Source: Planctomycetota bacterium
Lineage (GTDB): Bacteria; Planctomycetota; Phycisphaerae; WQYP01
Length of the DNA stretch: 64,000 bases
Assembly (NCBI GenBank): GCA_021785435.1
Contig: JAJYFE010000001.1
Coordinates: forward strand, 9,497-73,496
Direction of reading: 5' to 3'
Position numbers and translations under genes: made by a program
The notes under the pieces: model-generated
Databases searched by the model: none
Seen by the model: the letters and a program-made list of their open reading frames with translations, nothing else
Told to the model about the DNA's origin: nothing
Part shown: one piece after another, positions 57,330-64,000 of the stretch
Layout: each line of letters begins with the position of its first letter
Position numbering within the stretch: the stretch's first letter is position 1

Positions 57330-60300
57330 TCATGGTTGACCCTCCTTTCCGCGGCTGGGGTTGCTTCCCGCCAGCGCGGCCGGCTGGTGCTGGCGCCGGA
57401 CTTGATAATTCATGGCCACCAGATAAAGCGCCGGCAGCACCAACAGTTCCAGCACAAAGGCGCTCACCAGTCCGCCGATCATCGGAACCGCCAGGTGCCG
57501 CATGACATCGGCGCCGGCTCCCTGCACCCACAGCAGCGGCATCAGACCGGTCAGCGCCGCGGCCACGGTCATCGTCTGCGGCCGAATGCGGCGCACTGTG
57601 CCGGAATAGACCGCGTCGTAGCAGTCACCCCTGGTATTCAGGCGTCCCTCGCGCCTCGCCGTGGCGAAACTGACATCCAGATAAACCAGCAATACGACCC
57701 CCATTTCCACGGCCAGCCCGGCCAGGGCGATCATGCCCACCCACACGGCTACGGACATATGGTAGTGCAGGAAGTATAAAGCCCAGACGGCCCCGACCAG
57801 CCCGAAGGGAACGGTCAGCAGAATGGCCAGCACGCGCGCTACGCTTCGGGTGGCCACGAATAGCAACATGAAAATGACCCCCAGTACCAGCGGAACGATC
57901 AGCTTAAGACGTGCGTTGGCCAGTTCGATTTGTTTGTATTGGCCGATCCAGGCATAGGTATAACCCGACGGCAACACGACCTGACGCTGAATCGCACGGC
58001 TGGCGCGTTGGACATATCCAACGGTGTTGGTGTCGGATATGGTCAAGTTGATGTAATTCACCGTCATCGCATCCTGGCTGTCGATTTCCGGAGGGCCGGG
58101 GGAATAGTGAAGGTTGGCGACCATGCCCAGCGTGATGTCATTTCCGTTGGGAGTTTGGATCGGCAACTGGCGCAGCGCGGCAAGGTTACCTCTGAGATTG
58201 CGCAGATAGCGCACATTGATTGGGAAACGCTCCAGACCGATGACTATGGTGCTGATCGGCTTGCCGCCGATGGCCATGGTGACGATTTTTTGCACCGCCG
58301 CCTGGGTCAGCCCGTAGCGGCCCGCCTTCACGCGGCTGACGTGGATATCCAGGTAATAGCCGCCGACCGGTTGGTTGGCGATGGCGCTTTGCGTACCAGG
58401 CACCTGCTGGAGCACTTGAGCGATCCGGTTGGAAACTTTTTGCAGCGTCGCCAGATCTTCTCCGAATACCCGAATGCCGAGCAGCGTTTTGCTGCCGGTA
58501 TTGGCCATGTTGACGCGGTTGGCGATGGGCATGGTCCAGTAGGCCTGAAAACCCGGAATGTTGAGAGCTTCGTTCATGCCCTGATGGAAGACGCCGTGCC
58601 CGTCGGTCCAGCCGTGCATCACCTGGTTAAGGGTAATATGCCGCCAGTTCGGCCAGAACGTATGTTTAAACGGCCAGGCCAACCAACTCAGCCCGTGCGG
58701 CCAGGAATCGTAGAAACGCGGAATGCGGATGCTTGGCCATTGGTCGCGCCGATCAAGCCGGATAATCGTGTCGATCATGTTCAGGGGCGCGGAATCGGTC
58801 GCGGTATCGGCCCGGCCGATCTGGCCCCAGACACTTTTCACTTCCGGAAAACTCTTGATGATCTTGTCGCTCTGTTGCAGCACGTATTTGGCCGTGCCTA
58901 CGCTTAGGCCCGGATAGGTGGTGGGCATATATTCCAGGTCACCTTCGTAGAGCGGCGGCGTGAACTCCGTGCCCAGCCGCGCCCAGGGCCAGAAAATGGA
59001 CGCGGCCAGCGCCAACGCCAGCGGAATAACCACCCAACGTCCCGCGATGGCGAGCCGGAAGATGGGCGTGAACACGGCTTTAAGCAGCTTGCTGATCGGA
59101 GAATGTTCTTCGTGGATGATTTTCTGCGGCAGAATCAGCAGCGCCGCTAAAACTACCCAACCTCCGCAGAGCCACCCCTGGTAGCGAGCCATGATCCCAT
59201 GTTGGCCAACGGCGTAATATAAACCGGCGGCCGGCAGCGTGATGATGGCCAGCGCCGCGAGACCCTGGACCCACCAGGGCCACTTTTTCGGAAAGAACCG
59301 CGGACTGATGAAATAAATCATCAGCACGGGGACAATCGTGATGGAAAGCAGCGCCGCCGAAGCCATGGCAAAAGTTTTCGTCAACGCCAGCGGACCGAAC
59401 ATCTTGCCGCTTTCACCGGGCAGAACAAAGATGGGCAGGAAGCTGATGGTGATAATCAGCAGGCTGAAGAAAAGACTGGGCCCGACTTCCTGGGCCGCTT
59501 CGAGCATGATTTCGAGGCGCGCGCGCGGCGGTTGGCCTTCCCGCCGCCGTCGGTCCTCGCGGTTCAGATGCTGGTGGGCGTTTTCAATCATCACAATGGC
59601 GGAATCCACCACCACGCCGATGGCGATGGCGATGCCGCTTAAGCTCATGATGTTGGCGCTGATGCCCAGAAAGTAAAGGATGCCCAGGCTGATCAGCATG
59701 CTGGAGGGAATCACGGTGACCGCGACCAGAGCGCTGCGCCCATGCAGCAGGAACAGCAGGCACACCAATGCCACGACCAGGATCTCCTCGCGCAGCGTAT
59801 CGGAAAGCGTGGCGATGGAGCGATTGATCAGATTAATGCGGTCGTAACCCGTTTTGAATATCACGCCGGGCGGCAGGCTGCCAGCGATCCGCGCTATCTT
59901 CTTTTTTACCGCGGCAATAACCCGGTAGGTATCCGCACCATAGCGTACCACCACAATGCCGCCGACCACTTCGCCGCGGCCGTTCCAATCCAGAATACCC
60001 AGCCGTTGTTCCCCGGCGGTTTGCAGCGTGGCAACTTCCTTGAGGAATATGGGAACGCCATTTTTCCCTAGGCCGACCGGGATATCACGGAATTGCGCCA
60101 GGTTCTTCAGATAGCCGCGGCTGCGGACGATGTATTCAAAACCGCTGCGATCCACCACCGAGCCGCCGACATCGTTATTGGACTGCTGTATCGCGCGGAT
60201 CACCTGGTTCACGCCGAGGTGATAGGCCCGCAACTGATTGGGATTGAGGACGACCTGATATTCCTTTTCAAATCCGCCAATACCGGCCACTTCCGATACG

Positions 60301-60980
60301 CCATATACCGCCTCCAATTGGTAGCGCACGAACCAGTCCTGCCAACTGCGCAGATCGGCAATGTTGACATGGGCCGGGACCAGCGGCTGTCCCGACAGCG
60401 GCGACTTGCCGGGATGACTGAATGCCCGGACTAAAACCAACCGCCCGCGGGCTGTCACCGGAGCTGCGGAAGCTTGCCCGTACCATTGATTGGTCTTCGG
60501 ATCATGCCAGATACCATGCGGATGATTTCGGCAGTACCAGCCGGGGAACAAAATGTATTGATACGCCCAGCCGGCGCCAGTGGCGTCGGGACCAAGTTGC
60601 GGGGTAACGCCCGCCGGCAGCAAAGCTCTGGCATAATCCAGATAAGCCAGCACCTGGTCGCGGGCCCAGTATAAATTCGTGCCGCTCTTGAAAACCACCG
60701 TGATCAGCGAATACTCGAACATGCTCTGGCCGCGCACCGCTGTCACATCGGGTACGTGGATCAATTGCGTTTCCAGGGGATAGGTTACCTGCTTTTCCAC
60801 CACCCCCGGCGTCTGGCCGGGATAGTTGGTCAGCACCAGCACTTGTATCTCGGAGAGATCAGGCACCGCGTCGAGCTTGCTATGGAAGGCGGCCCAGCCG
60901 GCGATGGCGATGGCCATCAGGACCAGCAACACCGTCAGAAGTTGATTCTTAACCGAAATTTCTATGATTTTCCGGAGCAC
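57330..60980 (-). CDS. Heavy-metal efflux RND transporter (CusA/CzcA family), unusually long at 1216 aa
   Basis: HME-RND similarity along the full length, 12 TM plus two large periplasmic loops, roughly 170 aa of extra insertions. Confidence 0.9.
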   Translation of the reverse strand: MLRKIIEISVKNQLLTVLLVLMAIAIAGWAAFHSKLDAVPDLSEIQVLVLTNYPGQTPGVVEKQVTYPLETQLIHVPDVTAVRGQSMFEYSLITVVFKSGTNLYWARDQVLAYLDYARALLPAGVTPQLGPDATGAGWAYQYILFPGWYCRNHPHGIWHDPKTNQWYGQASAAPVTARGRLVLVRAFSHPGKSPLSGQPLVPAHVNIADLRSWQDWFVRYQLEAVYGVSEVAGIGGFEKEYQVVLNPNQLRAYHLGVNQVIRAIQQSNNDVGGSVVDRSGFEYIVRSRGYLKNLAQFRDIPVGLGKNGVPIFLKEVATLQTAGEQRLGILDWNGRGEVVGGIVVVRYGADTYRVIAAVKKKIARIAGSLPPGVIFKTGYDRINLINRSIATLSDTLREEILVVALVCLLFLLHGRSALVAVTVIPSSMLISLGILYFLGISANIMSLSGIAIAIGVVVDSAIVMIENAHQHLNREDRRRREGQPPRARLEIMLEAAQEVGPSLFFSLLIITISFLPIFVLPGESGKMFGPLALTKTFAMASAALLSITIVPVLMIYFISPRFFPKKWPWWVQGLAALAIITLPAAGLYYAVGQHGIMARYQGWLCGGWVVLAALLILPQKIIHEEHSPISKLLKAVFTPIFRLAIAGRWVVIPLALALAASIFWPWARLGTEFTPPLYEGDLEYMPTTYPGLSVGTAKYVLQQSDKIIKSFPEVKSVWGQIGRADTATDSAPLNMIDTIIRLDRRDQWPSIRIPRFYDSWPHGLSWLAWPFKHTFWPNWRHITLNQVMHGWTDGHGVFHQGMNEALNIPGFQAYWTMPIANRVNMANTGSKTLLGIRVFGEDLATLQKVSNRIAQVLQQVPGTQSAIANQPVGGYYLDIHVSRVKAGRYGLTQAAVQKIVTMAIGGKPISTIVIGLERFPINVRYLRNLRGNLAALRQLPIQTPNGNDITLGMVANLHYSPGPPEIDSQDAMTVNYINLTISDTNTVGYVQRASRAIQRQVVLPSGYTYAWIGQYKQIELANARLKLIVPLVLGVIFMLLFVATRSVARVLAILLTVPFGLVGAVWALYFLHYHMSVAVWVGMIALAGLAVEMGVVLLVYLDVSFATARREGRLNTRGDCYDAVYSGTVRRIRPQTMTVAAALTGLMPLLWVQGAGADVMRHLAVPMIGGLVSAFVLELLVLPALYLVAMNYQVRRQHQPAALAGSNPSRGKEGQP

Positions 60981-61103
60981 AGCTTGGTCCAGTTTGGCTC
61001 CAGGTTCCAGGTTTTAGCTGCCGGGTTTTAGGTTTCAGCCTCCCTACCCCCGCTTCATCTGGCCGCGACCGTTCCTGGAACCTGGCCCCTAAAACCTGAA
61101 ACC

Positions 61104-62501
61104 TTAGTTCATCTTCATACCCGGCGGCATCTTGGCCGGTGTGGCAAAGCTTGGTTGGGCCGCGGCGGGCTTGGTCGCGACGGGAGTCTTACTCATGAAC
61201 CGGGCGGTTACTTCACTCATCTGTGATTCCACATCAATCAGGAACTGGCCGCTGGTAACAACTTGCTGGCCCGGTTTCAGGCCGGAAAGCACCTGCACGA
61301 GGCCGTGGTCGCCCCGTAGGCCGGTGCTGACCCTGACGGGATCAAAATGGCCGCGGGAAATTTCCACGAAGGCCAGCTCGCCGGTGCCGGTATGAATAAT
61401 GGCTCGGCTCGGCGCCAGAATAGCGTGCGCCACCGGCGAAGTGTGAATATCGGCCAGAGCATACATACCGGGTCGGAGCTTGCCGGTGGCGTTCTTCAGG
61501 ACGATACGCACAATAGTGGTATGGGTTTGCGGATTTTCATACGGATCAATGAAAACAACCGCTCCCTGAAACGTGCGACCCGGAAAGGCGGGCAGGGTTG
61601 CCGTGACGCGCTGGCCCATATGAATCCAAGGAAGCTGGTTTTCGTAGACGTAGGTATCCAGCCAGAGCATGGCGAGTTTTTCAATCCGCATCACCGTGGC
61701 GCCGGCGTTGATCCGTGACTTTTGCCGCGCTCGCACGTCGATCAGCTTGCCGTTGACTGGACTATGGAAAGTGACATAGGTCAAGGCCTGAAGCGTCTTT
61801 TCAACTCTGTTGATCTGCGCTGGATCCACGCCCAAGTAACGCAGGCGCAGTTCCACGGAATGCCGCAGCTGGCGGGCTTGCCGGATAGCGGTTGGATGCG
61901 CGGTCTTACGGATCATTGAAAGGGCCTTCTGGGCCGCAACCAATTCATCTTCCGCCGCGACGACGCGGGGGCTGTAGAGCGTAAATAGTTTCTGGCCTTT
62001 GCGAATGGCGGCGCCGTTGGTGGTGGCGTAAAGTTTGCCGATCCAGCCGCCGGCCCGCATCGTGATGTTGTAGCGCAGCGGAGCGGCCGTACGCACCAAG
62101 CCGACCGTACGAACCAGATGGATAAGCGCTCCGAATGTGACCTTGGCGGTCTGGACGCCCATGTTCTGAACCATGGCCGGGTCCACGTGGACCTCGCCAG
62201 GCGTCGATGTGGCTGTTCCAGAGGCGTAAACGGGTATCAGCGGCATGCCCATGGAACTGATGCCCGGCTTATGCGATATGGACGATGGCCCGACCATCGG
62301 ATCCCAGTAATAAAGAATCTTGCGTTTCTTTTTGACCACTGCCACAGCCGTTATGGAGTTTTTCCCGGAAGCCGTGCTGGCGGTCAAAACGCCGGATTTC
62401 GGCGCCTTGGCCGCGAAATTACCGGCCAGAATCAACCCTGCGAGCAGACCGGCGATCCCGCCCAGAATAAGCAGGGCGATCGGTAGAATAATACGTTTCA
62501 T
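61104..62501 (-). CDS. RND efflux periplasmic adaptor (CusB/CzcB-like) with an N-terminal metal-binding motif
   Basis: YYWDPMVGPSSISHKPGISSMGMPLIPVY resembles the CusB N-terminal methionine-cluster motif; HlyD-like beta-barrel domains. Confidence 0.85.
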   Translation of the reverse strand: MKRIILPIALLILGGIAGLLAGLILAGNFAAKAPKSGVLTASTASGKNSITAVAVVKKKRKILYYWDPMVGPSSISHKPGISSMGMPLIPVYASGTATSTPGEVHVDPAMVQNMGVQTAKVTFGALIHLVRTVGLVRTAAPLRYNITMRAGGWIGKLYATTNGAAIRKGQKLFTLYSPRVVAAEDELVAAQKALSMIRKTAHPTAIRQARQLRHSVELRLRYLGVDPAQINRVEKTLQALTYVTFHSPVNGKLIDVRARQKSRINAGATVMRIEKLAMLWLDTYVYENQLPWIHMGQRVTATLPAFPGRTFQGAVVFIDPYENPQTHTTIVRIVLKNATGKLRPGMYALADIHTSPVAHAILAPSRAIIHTGTGELAFVEISRGHFDPVRVSTGLRGDHGLVQVLSGLKPGQQVVTSGQFLIDVESQMSEVTARFMSKTPVATKPAAAQPSFATPAKMPPGMKMN

Positions 62502-62915
62502 GGATCAGGTCTCCAGTTGTGGAAGTCCCGGCGTGTCGGCGCCGCTTTCGGTGTTCCCAGCGGCTCACCGCCGTTTCCACCATGGTTGCCCCAAAACCCT
62601 TCCCACGTCGCCAACCTCCACCGCCGACTTAAGGCTCCGTCGCCGGCAGGTTTGGTGACATCCGGATCGCCTGCCGGCGAGCGGAGCCGTTTTGTAACCA
62701 GGGAAAAAGATGTCACCACACCATAAACGGCAGCCACGCCCGGAAAAGTTCCCGCATCGGAGAACAACGAAGGCGCTGCGCTCTGCCGACGGCTTGTCGC
62801 GGTTTCAATGCCGCTGCTGCGACGAAGAGTTATGGTTTTTCCCCACGATCCCTGTGGTTTTACCTCGTGAACGGATACAGATTTTCGCACCGCGAGCAGA
62901 GTCTGGGCGCCTTGC

Positions 62916-64000
62916 CTACACTGCTGGCGACGGATGTTGCCGTTGCACGGCCAACTCGCACAGCTGCCGCTGAGCGCAGCGTTCCGGTTCGCCGGGGGCA
63001 GGGTGGCGCTGGGTCCAACGGCCATCGGCCGCCAGGTCCCAAGCCTGGCGGTTGTCCGCCAGGAGCAGGTCCAGAATCTCGCGCACCCGTTGGCACAACG
63101 GGCCAGACTCCAGCGGTACGGCGGCTTCGACGCGATGGTCCAGGTTGCGGCTCATCCAGTCGGCGGAACCCATGTAAATTTCCTCGTGTCCGTCATTGCG
63201 AAACCAGAAAATGCGCGAATGTTCCAGAAATCTTCCGACCACGCTTAAGACCTGAATATTCTCGCTTAGCCCAGGCACCTGCGGCCTCAGGCAACAAAAA
63301 CCGCGAACTATCAAATTGATCCGCACGCCCGCAGCACTGGCGCGGTAGAGCATCTCAACGATTTCCGGATCTTCCAGAGCGTTCATTTTGGCGATCAGAC
63401 CCGCAGGTCGACCGGCCCGGGCGTGGCCGATCTCCCGCTCCATCAGCTCAATAAATCGCCGGCGCATGGTGACGGGGGCTACCAGCAGCTTGCGGTAACT
63501 GTTCTTAAGCGATCGGCCGGTCAGAAAGGCGAACAGGTCCACGACATCCTGGCAGATGTCGTCGCGGCAGGTAAACAGTCCCAAATCGGTATAGACCTGG
63601 GCGGTTCGGGAGTTATAGTTTCCAGTGGAGATGTGCGCATAGGATCGCACCTGTCCTTCCTCCTGGCGCACCACCAAGGCGGTTTTGGTGTGGGTTTTCA
63701 GCCCCAGAATGCCATATACCACGTGGGCGCCGGCGCGCTCCAGTGCCTGGGCCCATTGGATGTTGCGTTCTTCGTCAAAGCGGGCCTTAAGCTCCACCAG
63801 CACCGCAATCTGTTTGCCCGATTCCGCAGCACGGGCCAGGGCGGGCACGAAGGGCGAATCACGGCTGGTGCGATACAGCGTCATTTTGATTGCCAGCACG
63901 TGCGGATCGTCGACGGCGGTCAGGATAAAACGCTCCACCGAAGAGTCGAAACTCTCGTAAGGATGATGCACCAGGACATCGTTCTGCCGGATGAGCGCGA
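62916..64000 (-). CDS. ppk: Polyphosphate kinase 1, C-terminal half (the gene continues beyond the window edge)
   Basis: PLD-like catalytic C1/C2 domains of PPK1 (HTKTALVVRQE...; HSRIFWFRNDG). Confidence 0.85.
   Translation of the reverse strand, partial: ALIRQNDVLVHHPYESFDSSVERFILTAVDDPHVLAIKMTLYRTSRDSPFVPALARAAESGKQIAVLVELKARFDEERNIQWAQALERAGAHVVYGILGLKTHTKTALVVRQEEGQVRSYAHISTGNYNSRTAQVYTDLGLFTCRDDICQDVVDLFAFLTGRSLKNSYRKLLVAPVTMRRRFIELMEREIGHARAGRPAGLIAKMNALEDPEIVEMLYRASAAGVRINLIVRGFCCLRPQVPGLSENIQVLSVVGRFLEHSRIFWFRNDGHEEIYMGSADWMSRNLDHRVEAAVPLESGPLCQRVREILDLLLADNRQAWDLAADGRWTQRHPAPGEPERCAQRQLCELAVQRQHPSPAV

Noticed and set aside
1-64000. tRNA or rRNA genes
   Set aside because: No T-loop or anticodon-arm-like cloverleaf signatures (GGTTCGANTCC) were seen in any intergenic region, and no 16S or 23S conserved blocks.

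Overview
This is a 64-kb high-GC (roughly 65%) bacterial chromosomal segment. The gene content suggests the PVC superphylum (Planctomycetota, Verrucomicrobiota or Kiritimatiellota); that is inference from a DUF1559 prepilin-like protein, a CBM9-like protein, GH29 fucosidases and a four-helix-bundle '23S rRNA IVS' protein. No rRNA, tRNA or CRISPR was seen.

Housekeeping genes, left to right: tatC, an ABC ATPase, speA, serA, a sensor kinase, a corrinoid protein / pterin methyltransferase / amidohydrolase operon, aroC, an XRE-S24 (LexA-like) regulator, a complete MacAB-TolC-type efflux operon, a GH29 fucosidase, an AraC regulator with PhyH dioxygenase, UroD-like and GH114-like genes, gltA, metG, a LacI regulator, a DUF1559 protein, a giant multidomain GH29-like glycosidase with an MFS/GPH symporter, fabF, a gamma-carbonic anhydrase, a CusB/CusA/OMF heavy-metal RND operon, and the 3' half of ppk1.

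The accessory and decay content is what stands out:
- A tandem array (4365..5440) of roughly 205-bp units, each a long-stem hairpin plus the 3' end of an Avd-like four-helix-bundle gene, wedged between serA and speA. A fifth hairpin copy sits upstream of metG.
- Three families of short dispersed GC-rich palindromic repeats.
- A hicB-hicA module immediately downstream of metG.
- Degraded toxin-antitoxin remnants: a DUF104-PIN VapBC pair with a frameshift and an in-frame stop, an orphan Phd/YefM fragment, and a nucleotidyltransferase-like pair.
- A 229-bp duplication of the LacI promoter and 5' end.
- Two decayed IS elements (an IS4-superfamily remnant and an IS5-family copy with recognisable inverted repeats), each abutting a truncated gene.
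- A frameshifted, truncated SDR gene.

Many long antisense ORFs in the six-frame track are high-GC artefacts.
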